The notes beneath the pieces were generated by a model. It was not told the DNA's origin. It made no database searches and saw only the letters and a list, made by a program, of their open reading frames with translations. Positions 24,398 to 37,500 of a DNA stretch of 58,887 nt are shown one piece after another. Source of the DNA: Craspedostauros australis (Eukaryota); assembly GCA_030167865.1 (NCBI GenBank), contig JALAGF010004180.1:1-58887 (forward strand), in the 5' to 3' direction. The position numbers were made by a program, and so were the translations under genes. Position 1 is the first letter of the stretch; each line of letters begins with the position of its first letter.

Positions 24398-26570
24398 GAT
24401 GTCTACTGGTGTTGATGTGCGGTTGTTGAGCGTGGAGGATTGCAGGAAGTAGTGTGTCTGTCAATGTTGCTGTTGTTGTTGACGTTAGTGGTGTTGATGA
24501 TGTTTCCGATTCGACTTGTTTTGAATTGTGGTGCCAAGTGGCCCGTTGTTCTTGCTGTTGCTCCTCTTCGTCGTGGTGTCTCTTGGTGTTTGCGCGAGCG
24601 AAATGAATTGAAGTGAAGCAAGGTGGTGCGATGGACCAAGACAAGAGGAAAACTCAAGGGCAATTTTTGCTGAAGCGCCCCGTGTGTTGTCGTTGTGATT
24701 GTCGGCATGTGCTGGCACAGTGTTTTCACCCGATGAGTGACTGCAGGCGTATCTCTGCTACTGCGCTGCCACGATACGACGAGCAAGATCACCACGATGG
24801 GTTCGAGGTCTGTAATCGGATCATCGCGAATTCCATCATCGGCATGTCGGAACGAATCTTTTGTTCGTGGACCACATCAACGGGCACAACAAGGGGGCAA
24901 CAAACAAAAATCAGACCCAACTACGACAAATCCACACACAACAAACGCAAATGCAATGCTGGCCGCGTGTCGCTCCTGCTCGTGCAACCACGCACAGTCA
25001 ATCAGTCGGCAAAAACTCGCGCTCGTCCCGCAACATCTGCGTCACGATGACCTCACCTCGCACGTGCTGCGCTGCAACACCACCCCCACCAACAACAAGC
25101 GAGAACAAAAACTCGCACCCGCAATTTCACGCCATCAAATGAGACGCGAGGTCTCGATCCACAGTATTCTCGCCTTCTGCGCGTTCGCATCCAATGTCTC
25201 GGAATAAGACGACCTCTTGATGCTGCCCTTAAGTAACGAGACCTCACGACGAATGCTCGATTCAAATACTGAATTCTAATTGGCCCCTCCACAAGCGACC
25301 AATCATTGTTCAGCAAAACAGTGTTGAGCACTCAGAATTCTGTCACAATCGTGTTCGCCTGTGTCAACCAACAGCTCAAACAGAATTGTGGCTGTGTATT
25401 CTTGGTGCGGAAACGCATTTCGGAAATGTGAGACAAGCGCACACAAAACAAGAATTCTCCGATGACAATTCCGATGTCGCAAACGACATGGAAGCGTAGC
25501 GCGTCGAATACCAAACCGCCACAACATTTAGGCGGTGCAGAACGTCCGACGGAAAATCATCACTTGCGGCAACCACAAATTCCGATCGGACAACGCGCTT
25601 GTATCGGCACACAGAGGCGTTAGCAGACGAGAATGAAGACGAGTACGAGCAGGCCATGCGAGTGTGGGTGTGCCAATGATGATTGCTGTTCTCGTTTGCG
25701 CCTTGACCCTTTGCGTGTCCAGGTCGTCGTAGGTCGTACCGTCGACGAGCGCATGCCAGTACCCGCAGCTGCTAACATTCCGATCCATGTGGACACATCA
25801 AGAGAACGTCCTGCGAACATCCAAAGTCGGAGCGGAGCAACAGACCAACCGGAACATCCGCGACGCGAACCTTCCAACAAGGAGGAGCACGAAGCGAAGT
25901 TCTGTCCCGCCGGCTTCTTCTCCACCAATGCCGTTGTTGGTGGTCCTGTCATCGCATCGTTCTGCTTCCTTTTATCAACATTGGGCTGGTTGGATGCGTT
26001 GCTGGACCCAATCACATCCACCCAACTTGTTTCAATCAGAACCGCGTCCGTCGAAGCCGCCAATCCCCCTTCTTGGCCGTCCTTCCGATCCCATTCACTC
26101 GGAAGCTCGCCATCATGGGCGGCAACAAAGAGCAGGAGCCGAAGCGAAGATAGTGCGCGCTTCTTTGCTTCGGCGGTTCTGCTCCACTCGTATCGGTGAT
26201 TGCCGGAACAGTACCAGGAGTTACGAGAAGGTTGTAAGCACACCACGCCAAACGGCGCTCTCCAATTCACACGGACTTGGAACGGGCCGATGGCACAGCG
26301 GAGGGCAGAGCTTCATTTCCTCCAAGTACGGTTTGTTGACTGCTTTTGTCTGTTGTTTGCCCAAGTGGCCTCTCTAGAGAGTACTTTAGAACTATTGTGT
26401 TCACCGTGTCTGCGAAGGTGCACTGATTCAAGTGTTGTTCACATCGTCTGGACGGTGACGCTGGCTGGGATTTGCCTCATCGTTATCAGCATCATCACAA
26501 ACGATGGCAACACACGAGTTGACCCTCCTCACAATGCCAGCCCCTTCTGGTTGGCTCACACCAAACCTCT

Positions 26571-29500
26571 CTAGCGCTCCTCCTCGATCATTCCCAGCAT
26601 GGCTTGGAATTTGACGTTGGCGCGGGTGCGTCCGTAGAAATCGGCAAACTTCTTGGAGTTCGTCACGCCTTCCACCTTGCTCAGAATGAAGGCAGCGCGC
26701 AGCGCGCTCTTGATCCACTCGTTCAGACGCTCGAGCTCCGTGCCTGTCTTCGTGCCCTTCTTCTTGTGCATCGTCTTCTCCAATGGATCCACGAACGTGT
26801 CGATGGCGGGCACCAGGAAGGTTGGCTGCCTCTGGCTCATCGCGATGATGATGTGATGTGCCTGGAGCTGGATGTCCTCCACATCCGCCAACGCCTTCGC
26901 CAGTACCGGCATGAAGGCCGGGATGTCGAGACTGCCTGGCAGGCTCTCCAGGCAGGTGGCGAAGATGCTCATGGATGCCTTGCGCAATGGCAACGCGTCA
27001 TCAACGGTGTGCGTGAAGGGTCCAAGATCGACCTTGCGTTCCATCTTCAATCCAGCAATCTCGTGCAGCACCGGCACGATGGTGTCCTTCATGCATCCCG
27101 CCAGCAACTGCGGCATGTGATGGACTGCGGAGTACACCATCAGCAGCGCGGCATTGCGGACCGCGAGCTCTTCCACCTTCAGTAACTCCAGCAGCTTCGG
27201 CATGGCGACGGCCAAATGTTCCACGCTCGCCTTGCCTGCGATGGAGAGCTTCACGGATGTGGCCACGGTCCAGCATGCCAAAGAGTTCTTCTTCGAGGTT
27301 GCATCCTCCGGGTCCATCTTCCCACCCGGCGCGGCGATGGCCGAATGGCTTGCGATGATGCTCTGCAGCTTCTCCAGCATAGGTGCCGGGTTCATGCAAA
27401 TCAACGATCCCATGCATTCCGCCACCATGGTGCGCACGCCCTCCTCTTCGTCTGCGCAGTGCTTCTCCAGGTGTGGGAGAATTGTTGGGAGACTTGCAGC
27501 CACGCCCTCGCCACCGGAATCTTGGAAGCTGCACTGGATGAAACCTCTCAGCGCGGACAGCAGCAGGTACTGCTTCTTCTGGTTGTTCTCCTGCAGCGCA
27601 CCAACGATGGATGGTAGGAATACGGAGCTCGCTCCCACTGCGGCACGTCCCAACGCGTAGGACGACGCGTGCTTCAGGTCTTCCGAAGGTGACTGGAAGT
27701 ATCCCATGTAGATGGTTTGCAACCGATCCGTCGCACCGCCGATGGTGCTCAGATCGACTAACCGGCCCAAATCTCCGGATATCAACAACGACAGCTGAAC
27801 CTCCTTCAGCGCAGCCTCCTGCGGAGGTGTTTGCATGGACTCCAGCGATGTCAGTGTCGTCGACAGCATGGCTTCTCGATTGGCCGCGGTCGTTGCTGCC
27901 GCGACGGTGGCAATGCATCTGGCAAGGTTGTACGTGGCGTGTTTGCCCAAGGAGTTGGAGGAGAGGCGCGAGGTCAGCATCTGCGACACCTCCGCGAAAT
28001 CAACTGCGTTGCTGGAAACAATTTGCTCGAAGAAGGCCAGCAGCGAATCCAGAGCCAGGTCCTGGAGCATTGTGGAAGTCGAAAGCGTCAGCGCGTTTGG
28101 CAGCACATGCGCCTTCGCAGCCTCACCACAGGCAGGGCACGACTTCAGACCAGAGATCGACACTCGCCTGAAAGCAAAGCATAGCACAGCATGACATAGC
28201 AAGGCAAAAAGTGAGGAACGGTGGTCAAATCGTCGAATATGCAATTCACAACACAGAATGTGGTGGTGTTGTATCGTAAAGCACAGAAAATGATAGTGCA
28301 GGTAGCACAGCAAAGTATTGCACGATATTGCAGAGCATGCCATGCCATGCCATGTCATGAAAGGAATATTGATGAATCAGAGATGTAGAGATGCATATAT
28401 GGTAGATGCACGTGTGAGTGAGATGTCGATGTGTGGCTATACCCGTGCACTCGTACAACGAGCACAAGCTCAATGACACATTCGCCGGCAACCATGCATG
28501 TCCACATTCGCCCACATTGTACACATGCGCACGCAAATGCACGCATGCGTATGCATCGCATTTGTAGGTATCGCACTTACAAGCTGAGATGGCTCAGGTG
28601 CAAATCGCTGTCGTTGACGAGCGGTGCCAAGTCGCATTGCAACGCCGAGAACAGCTCCGTCCTGCCCGATGACCCGTGCGTCGTGAGGATGACGTCCAAC
28701 GCCTCCAAAGCATGCTGCTTCAGGCTGCGGCTCTGGAGCTTCAGGAAGCCTGCCATGGTGGACACCGAATCTTCGAAGATGGAGGCCAGGCTGATCTTGT
28801 CCTCGTCAGCCATGGTCTCAGCTTCGGTGGCGGACGCGGAGGCGATTGCCGAAAGCGTCTTGATGGCGGGAATTCGTGTAGTTTCGTTGCGCAGACGCTC
28901 CAACAGGAGATCGAGCAGCCGCTTTGTCTGCTCGGGATTCAGATACTGATGCAGATTGCTGAGCAACGCGGCTGTCGCAGACAGGGCGCATTCCTTGATT
29001 TCCTGATCAACGTCGTGAGCAGCGAGGAGGGGTTCAATGGCCCCGAAGAGAAGATTGGAGACTTCGTCGCCCTCCGTCTTTTTGGTTGCATCATCGTCTG
29101 CATCGGTGTAGCCAATCACGAAGAAGCTTGGAACGGCGGACAGAGCACGCAAGGCTTCAGCGATGACCTTGTACCACTTCTCTTGTACCGATTGGCAAAG
29201 CTGCGACAGGAGGGCCGTTCGGAGACCCTTGCGGATATGGACGGGATCGTGGTTGCCGCAAGTGAGCACGGAATGCACGAGGGACAGGGCCTCCAGACGC
29301 AGTGTCTTGCTGGATGATTCCTTCTGCGAGGCGCCTTCCGATGCACCGGCGAGGAATGTTTGCACGTGCTGGAAGACGCCGAGAAGCTCCGCGTCGCCGC
29401 CGATGCCTCCCGGTGCTTTGCACAGAGTGCAAAGAATGAACATCGCCTGCGATTTGGATCGCTCGCCGCCTTTCTTCACACTGAGCAGCTTTTCGCATCC

Positions 29501-31090
29501 CTTCACCAGTGGCGGGACGTACTTCGAGCGCAGGTCGATGGACACGCCGCCCGAGGAAGAGGTGTCCATATCGTCCTCCGTTCCGAAGGAAACCGCGTTG
29601 TGTGATGCTGCGAGGATGGTGACATCGAGCAACTGGTTGAAGCACTCCAGGACACCGACGCGACAATTCTCCTCGCGCTCCTTGAATCGATCCACGAGCG
29701 CCTTGGCGACAATGGACGATCTGCCCTTGCGGATGTTGAAGTCCTTCGTCCACAGCATCGATGGGTCGTGGCGCTTCGAATCGACGACGGCATTGAGCGC
29801 TCGGATGGCGCTGCGTCGCACCTTCCAGCTTTCGTCGTCGTCGTCATCCTCTTCTTCGTCATCGTCGTCTTCAAACTCATCATCGTCGTCCTCGACTTCG
29901 AACTCGTCATCTTCATCGTCTTCACCACCGTCTCCATCCTCGTCTTCCTCGTCATCGACTCCGTACGAGTAGTTCGGGTCGTAGCTCATGTAAGCGAGGG
30001 AGGCCTCGATGATGGACTGCAGGTGAGGCTGGACCTGGGTGGGACAGCGCAAGACGAAGGACTCGAATCCCATGAAGCAGGATTCGCGAAGTTCGTTGGC
30101 CAATGCGATGGCAGCCTCGTCCTCCGGATCGTACCCGTCGTCCATGTCGTCGTCGCCGTCACCATCGTCGAAATCATCGTCGCCAGTGACGGCGTCCTCG
30201 GGGTCAGTGAAACGGAAAAAGATGGGAAGGATGCGATCGATCTGAGCCTGCTGCAACCGATGGCCAACTGCGCCGGACACCACGCACATGGTGCGAATGA
30301 GGGCTCTGGTGTCACCGGCCTCACCTGAAATGCCGCTGGCCTGCTTCTGCTCCTTGGCCTTGCGCTTTCCCGCCTTTCCAAGACCGTCCGCCATGTCGAT
30401 CTGCGCCAGCAAGCGCTCCACCATGCTGACCAGCAGGGCGTCGCTGAGGACGACCGAGAGGCACCCGAGCGAGTTTCCGGCGCGCTTGCGGATGACAGGC
30501 GCCGCGTTGTTCGAGAGCTGCTTGAGGCAGATGTGAAGGATGGGTTCATGCTGACGCGTGACGGCGAGCGAAGTGGCACCGAAGCGTCCCAGCAGATCCG
30601 TCAGGACGTCCAGGCAGGCCAGGACGATCTCCTCCGTCGTGCTGCGGATGCCCTCGAGCAGACGTCCCACAAGGCGCGAGGATGCCGCATCCCCGAGCGT
30701 GGAAGGGATGGTCTTGATGAGGGTTCTGAGGCCGATGGCGTAGACGTCGCGGAGCTCGCTCTTGGAGGAGTCCAGGACCTGGTCCGTGAGGGAGTCCGCG
30801 ATCTGCATGACCTGCTCCTCCTGGACAGTGGTGAGGAGGACCCCGAGCGTCTTGACGGCGATGGCCTGGACGTCGTTGGACTTGTCATGCAGCAGCCGCA
30901 GGACCTCCGTGCAAATCCGCTTCTCCGTTGAGGCGTCCAGCCGTGGCTGACCCCCGCTGGAGGCGTCGCCCTGCCGCTTCAGCAGCTCGCACAGATCGGA
31001 CGTGGCCATGTAACGCTCATCCTTGTCGTAGTGCTTCGTCTTTTCGAGAAGCGCGTTGATGGACACAAGGTTGCTGGATCCGCGAGACAT
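26571..31090 (-). CDS. CAND1: Cullin-associated NEDD8-dissociated protein 1 (exons 31090..28581, 28167..26571; 1368 aa)
   Basis: Hallmarks LLEK..DKDERYMATSDL, YDPNY + acidic loop + DDESWKVRR, RFKEREEN, DQEIKECA, RLRNETTR, EEGVRTMVAECMG and VDLGPFTHTVDDALPLRK. A phase-2 intron GTAAGT..TTTCAG joins the two ORFs. Confidence 0.96.
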
Positions 31091-32305
31091 GGTGGGATGT
31101 GTTCGTGTATGGTATTGTGTTGTGCTGCGTTGTGCTGTGCTGCGTTGTGCTGCGCTGCGTTGCGTGGATGTGCTGCCGTGGTCTGCTGAGCTGCCCCTTG
31201 TCGCTGTTATGAGATCGAAATGCGGATGTGGAGAGGACTTTGCTTTCACCGCTTGCTTTGCTGTGCTTGGCGATAGCGTGCTTGTCGTTGCTGATGTCCA
31301 CGATGGCGCAACTGCGATTGATGCTCTGGAGAGGAGTTGTCTCGTTCCAGTCTGCGTCCGTGTTCTTGCACTTGATTGCTGCGATTGCGAATGATGGTGA
31401 AGCCCTCTTGGTTGCTGCTGCGTCGTGGTCGACCAGTCAATCAATCGATGGGTTAATCAATCAATCAATCCTCGCTGTCCCTCTTGAATGGCTTGTGCAG
31501 CGTGTTACCTCCTTGTGTGTGTTGGTGATGATGACGATGATGATGATGGTGATGATGATGATTTGGATTCGTTTCTCCGTTCCTTCCTTTGTTGGTTGGT
31601 GCCTTTGCTTCTGTGTGGCTCCATGCGTTTCTTCCCAATCAAGGAGACGACACGGGATCGAACAGAGTTCACACCAACAGAAAAACCCGAAAAGAAGCGA
31701 TGCGATCTTTCCAAACACGCAAGAACCGATCCACTTTGTGTTCGTGTCTGTCCATCCATGTGTCTGTGTGTCATTCCGGATCCACCCACCTGACACGTCC
31801 ACCATACACCTTTTCATCAGACATGAATACAGTCGCAACATGTTTAGTCGTGATTCTGCCCAACAGAGATGTCAAATGACTTCGTTCGATCAATGCGATC
31901 GATTCCTTGCCGAATCTCACATGACCATGACAGAACATGGGGAAGGGCGAGAAACAACACGAAGAACAACAACGAGGGATGTTGTTCCGTGTGTCAGCAA
32001 CTGCGAAGATTTGTACGAGGCTACGAGGTTGGAGTTGCGAGCACCTTCCGCCAGCAAACAAATCGCGAGGAAAGCACGGAGAAATGCCACGATGACGAAT
32101 TTCTGAAGCGGTGACAGCGTAACGCGAGTGCGCCCACGAAAACCGGTTTTCTGTTCAATTGTCTTGTCGCGCAGCGTTGTTGTGTCGTCTTGTTGTGCTG
32201 AGGGTTTGTTAGCAGACTTCCAAACCACAACAACAAACTCGTGGCTTGACACCACAGAGAGAGGACGCTCACACGTTTGTAGAATACCACACAAAGACAG
32301 CGACA

Positions 32306-34123
32306 ATGATTGATCGATCAAGGCGGTCCAAGTCGCTCACCGCACTCTACGCTGTGGGAGCGATCGTGGCAGCAGGCCTTCCATCATCCTCGACGGCCCT
32401 GGGTCGTCATCATCACCACAATTCTGACAATGATAACAACGTTCACAGCCCAGCAGAGTTCCACGACTCAGACAGCGAAATCGAGAGCAGCCCAAACAGC
32501 AGCATCAATACCGGCAACCACCATGGCATGGTCTCCGTGACTGACTTCAGCAGCATGGACGACATGGACGACATCAGGTCCATGCTGGACTGCGCCCACG
32601 TCAACCCCCTTCCGCAGCCCACCTCCATCCCCATGATGGCACCGTCCCCAGCAGCCTTCCAGGAACTCGTCAACCTCGTCCCGTCTCCGGCGCCGTCACC
32701 TGCCGTTGCGTGCGACGATGCGGTCAGCAACGCGCGCGGGCACTACTCGACGTCGAAGGCGCCCTGCACATTCCGCTTCCACACGGAGACGGAGGCGCAG
32801 CAGGAGCACGAGTGGGTGCAGTACCACACGTCCGATCTGTGCATCGCCGACAACACCATCGGTGGTGGCCTCACCTACAAGGAGTACGTCACCATGTGGC
32901 CGGATGAGTGCGTCGGTGACTTTCCGCGGTGCTACTCCCTCAAGCACCACGCGCACGTCGTGGCGCCCTTCCTTTGCGCACAGCGATGGCCGATCCCACC
33001 AGGCACGACGCACCTCAGCGTGGACTGCACCGTCGACAAGGACCACACCATGCAGAGCATCCATGAGGAACGCGAGAAGCAGGCCACCATGGAGGGCCAG
33101 ATGAGCTGGAAGTCCTCGCGGCAGGCGCACCTCACGGACTGGATCATGATCCTGGTGTCATGCAGCGTCGGGATCGCTCTGCTGTCCCAGTTCGTACTGC
33201 AGCCGATCCTGCGGCATGTCTCCGCTCGGCGGCAGAACAAGTCAGAAAGCAAGTATCACGAGATTCCCCACTACAACAAGCACCCAGCATCAGGCGGCAG
33301 TGACTCTGACCGTGACCAAGGCAATCGCAACAGCAACAGCAGCCGCTCTGGCAGCAGAAGCGACAGCATCAGCGAAAGCACGGATGCCAGATCCGCAAGC
33401 ATGAACTCCGTCCCAATTCGCACCATCACAAGTGTCAGCAGCAACAGCAATAATGGCATGCGCAGGAACGAAGTCAGTGTCGGGATGGAGGAAGAGTTCT
33501 CCACCACAAGCTACCACGATGGTACACACAGACATTCCTCCGCTGGCATTGATATGCGCGGAGCTTCGGCCGGTGCTGCTGCTATTGCTATTGGAGCAGA
33601 TGACGACATCAGCAACATGTCCGAATACGAAGTGTCTCGATTCCTGGCGCAGGATGGATGTCACGAGTTGCCGGAGGGAGTTGAAGAGGTGCCAACGCCC
33701 GTAGTGTTCCTGCAACACTTCACCGAGACCTCTCCCACTGCTGCAGCACCATCAATTCTCAACGCATCAACCTACGTCCAGCCGTCGTTACTGCCGCCGA
33801 TGCCATCACAGCCGTTGCCTCTCACATCAGCCGTGGCGCCAAGGTCAACAACAACAGCAACGTCGCCCTCGTCGACAGGCATGCCATTCACGATGAGGAC
33901 GGTATCATCACTATCTGACGATGCCACCTTCCACACACGCACTGTCGCCCTCGTCGCCGCCAACAACAACAACAACAACGTCAGTGCAGCTTGCGAGATT
34001 GCAACAGCCGCTGTGGCCGGGGAAGAGCCCATGACTGATGACAATGACGTCCCGATCCTCTTCGCGACTCCGCTCCCTTGCGGGCTTCCGGAGGCGGGGG
34101 AAGTCGTGGTCCTGGTTCCGTGA
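32306..34123 (+). CDS. Hypothetical type I membrane protein (signal peptide, Cys-rich ectodomain, one TM, disordered tail)
   Basis: 605-aa ORF from ATG 32306 with strong C/G third-position bias in the core. Hydrophobic leader LTALYAVGAIVAAGL and TM WIMILVSCSVGIALLSQFVL. Confidence 0.75.
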   Translation: MIDRSRRSKSLTALYAVGAIVAAGLPSSSTALGRHHHHNSDNDNNVHSPAEFHDSDSEIESSPNSSINTGNHHGMVSVTDFSSMDDMDDIRSMLDCAHVNPLPQPTSIPMMAPSPAAFQELVNLVPSPAPSPAVACDDAVSNARGHYSTSKAPCTFRFHTETEAQQEHEWVQYHTSDLCIADNTIGGGLTYKEYVTMWPDECVGDFPRCYSLKHHAHVVAPFLCAQRWPIPPGTTHLSVDCTVDKDHTMQSIHEEREKQATMEGQMSWKSSRQAHLTDWIMILVSCSVGIALLSQFVLQPILRHVSARRQNKSESKYHEIPHYNKHPASGGSDSDRDQGNRNSNSSRSGSRSDSISESTDARSASMNSVPIRTITSVSSNSNNGMRRNEVSVGMEEEFSTTSYHDGTHRHSSAGIDMRGASAGAAAIAIGADDDISNMSEYEVSRFLAQDGCHELPEGVEEVPTPVVFLQHFTETSPTAAAPSILNASTYVQPSLLPPMPSQPLPLTSAVAPRSTTTATSPSSTGMPFTMRTVSSLSDDATFHTRTVALVAANNNNNNVSAACEIATAAVAGEEPMTDDNDVPILFATPLPCGLPEAGEVVVLVP

Positions 34124-34554
34124 CGCAGCTCCGCACCTGTGCATTCGCCTGCTCCAAACGAAAGAACAACTGACATCCAGTGCTTTCGAAGCGCGAGATC
34201 TTGGCGGCGGATGTGGCTGCGTCGTTGGCGCCTCTGCCTCCCTCAAGAGCCACTTTTTCACCACCCATCCATGTTAACACAAGAGTATCTTACAACTAAT
34301 ACATGCATCACATACCTTTGTACACTAGACTGCACAACACTTCCAATGACGTCTGCTCCACCAGTACGGTACATCATTCGCCACACCATCCGTCACACCA
34401 CTGTTGTCAGAAGAACCTTGGCCTTGTCACATGACACGCCAATTGGGACATGCACGTTACGTGCCGCACTGTTCGTACTATTAGAGCCAGGATTGTACGT
34501 GCTACTCGCACTCGTGCCAGTGCTCCTCTTGCAGAGTTTCTGGGAATGAACCCT

Positions 34555-37500
34555 TCATCGATCTCCACGAAGGAGGAAACGGATTTGGTCCGCATCCTCT
34601 TCCTTGCCCTCGCCATCGTTGCTGGCGTCCTTCTCATCATCGTCACCGCTCGTGTCGCTGTCGTCATCGTCCACCTGCATGCGGCTCTCCGAAAAGACAA
34701 CCTTGGCATCCAATGTTGGGGAATGCTTCGGCATCGGAGTGGACTCCGATAGCCGCCTCCATTCCAGCAGCCGGTTCTCCACAGATACTGGAGCGTAGTA
34801 GCAACGGCAGTGAACCTTCCTCGTCTGGCCGTATCGATGCAGGCGAGCGTAGGCTTGCTTCTCCTCCTCGTACCGCAAGAATGGCTCCATGATGAACATC
34901 TTGCTGGCTTCCGTCAGCGTCAGTCCGCATGCTGCTGCGCCGCCTTGGACCAAAAGGACTGGGCAGGGAATCGGTGTCGTTGTTGCTGTTGTTCGTGGTG
35001 GTGGTGGTGGCGATGTGCTGTTCGTGCTTGCATTTGCGTTTGCGCCAACGCCTGTGGGATCGTCGATAATCATGACATCAGGGTCGACATCGTTACCATC
35101 ACTGCCGCTGCCACCGCCACTGCCGTCGTTCGTTTCGTTCGCGAGCCACTTGGCGAGCGCCTGCTGGCTCAGCTGCGGCTTCTGCCCCTTGTGCAACGAT
35201 GAGTAACCGATGCCAAATCGACGAAGAATGAATCCCAGATGAGACAGCGTCGTGCTCTCAGATGAAAAAACCACGCTGCGCTCGTTGCGCGGCAAATCGA
35301 TCAGCAGCTGCCGGACCTTGCTCGAAATGCACAGGCTATCGCGATCCAACCGGCGAGGACAATCATCGGCACCGCGTAGCAGGTCCATGCCCGTACAGGC
35401 ACGCAAATGGCCGCAGACGTCACGCGGGATCGCCGTGGCCCGAGCGTGCTTGGTGGCATCCACGTTCTTTGGCAGCGGGATGGAGTGGTAGAGCTGATTC
35501 CATGTGTTGGGGTCGAGCGAGCCGTTGCTCTCCTTGATCCGCTGCGCTACCTCCAAAACGAAGTCCCGCGCCAACCCATGCCGATCCTGCGCCCTCTCGA
35601 TCTCCCCCTTCAATGCTGGATCGACGATGTTGCAGTCTTCGACGATGCCGATGGGTTTGCGGCATGTTGGGCACAAGCTGTGCTGGTCGTAGCCGATGTA
35701 TTTTGACAGGCAGCCAGCGCAGTACAGGTGCCCGCACCTCGTCATCATGACGGTGCCATCCTTGAACTTCCTGGATGCACCGTAGCTTGTTTCTCCCAGA
35801 TAGCCCAGGCAGATGGCACATTGCGTCAGCTTCTGATTGCCGCTCCCCAACGCCAGGAGCTGCTCGAAGGTGGACGATGTCTTGATGGAGTCGACATCCT
35901 TCATGCCCATCTTGAGTCGCTTCAGCTTGCATTCCTCCTGGGTGATCATGTCTGGCAATGCCGAGAGTTGCATCTTCCAACTTTGCAATCTTGACTTCAG
36001 CTTGTCACATCCATACTCGCTGTCGCTGCTTGTCAAGGCGCCTGCGTGTGCACCTGCTCCTTCTCCTGCACCTTCGCTTTCGCTGTCGCCTTCATGCGTG
36101 CCTTCATCCAAGTCCAAGTCGCCGATGCGTGCAGAAGCAACAGCGGCAGTTGGTGTCCCCACTTCTACCAAGGACGCAACGGACACGACGATACCGTCCT
36201 TGCTGAACTTGTGGTCGCTCGACACGATGCTGAGCTTCATCTTCAAGAGGCTTTCGTACCAATGTTTGGCATTGCGCATCTCAACACGTGCCTCGTCGAA
36301 TTGGTTCAACGAGTACGCTGCTTGGGCTGTTGCATATGCCCGTTTGGCATCTTTCATGCGATCGCTGTAGTACTCGATGCCGTTCTTGGTGGCCACCGGG
36401 ATTCCGTGCGTACGTTGTGCCGCACCCATCAACATCGACGCATCGTTCAGCACAATCCAGGCGCACTTCGTCGGTGGAAGTTTGTACGATGTTGACCTAC
36501 TGGGCTCGTCGTTGAACAGGTGGAGACTGTACTGGCCCCTGCCGCAAAACGGTTTCAAAGCAGTCCGGAGTTCCTTGTCTGTGACTGCTTGCGGGATGCG
36601 CTGCAACAAGCAGCAGGTTGGTGCTGCCCAAGGATACTTGCTGTTTTCATACAGATGAGCTCGCAGACCGATGCCAGGTTTCCAGCCACAACGCAGAAAC
36701 TCCGGCAGACGAGAAGGCGGGGACAAGCGCGCCATCGCGTCTGATCCTTCCACGGCCACACCCCGGTGTCTCGTTCCTGATGCCTCATGCATCAAGCGGT
36801 TCGATGCCGGCGGCTTTCTGTCGTCCAGATGGTTATCGTTGGTCGTGGAATGAACGATGTAGTTCTTGTCCTTGTCGCTGTCGTCTCCATCACCGTTGGT
36901 ACTGCCACCACTAGCACTGTTCCGTTCACTGTCGTTATCGATGACAATTGCTGCCGCGGCGCTGTGTCCACGAGCATGCGCGACTTTGACGCTGCCGTTG
37001 TCTTGGCCTTCATTACTGCTGCGGTTGCCACCATCGTTGTCACTGGTGCTTCCACCAACATTTCCAAGGTGTTGGGCTGAAACGGCAACCGTTTTGGTGC
37101 TCAGATCCATGTTCCTGGTGGCCTTTCGCCACATCCACAGCGAACGTACGCCTTGCTTAACGTTGGCGTATTCGCCTATTGGGAGCTGGCCCATCGTAAC
37201 CATCTCCATCGCGTATCGCCACAACGCTTTTCGCTTTGATTGCTTCACGACCACCAGTTCGCTGCTGAGCACTTCGAGTTGCTCCTTGGACTTTTGCGTC
37301 ATTGCATCGAGATCAAGCGCGCGGACCCTCCTGGACGTCCCCGTGCCGTGCCCAAGAAGGAGGTCTGACACTTCGTCCTTTGATCCAGTCTTCGACGCCT
37401 CCTGGAATGTGGCAAGATGCAGGATGGCATCGTCTGGGCTCAAAGCGGACTGGTGTTGCTCTCTGCAGTGCACGTCACTGTAGGACTGGATCCTCCTCTC

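Noticed and set aside
31115-31165. TGTGC/TGCGT pentamer repeats upstream of CAND1 as a regulatory element
   Set aside because: Indistinguishable from a degenerate microsatellite without comparative data.
31228-32106. 292-aa plus-strand ORF and the similar 42016..42882 ORF
   Set aside because: Products of GAT/TG/CTT simple repeats in divergent promoter regions, or antisense to a real exon.
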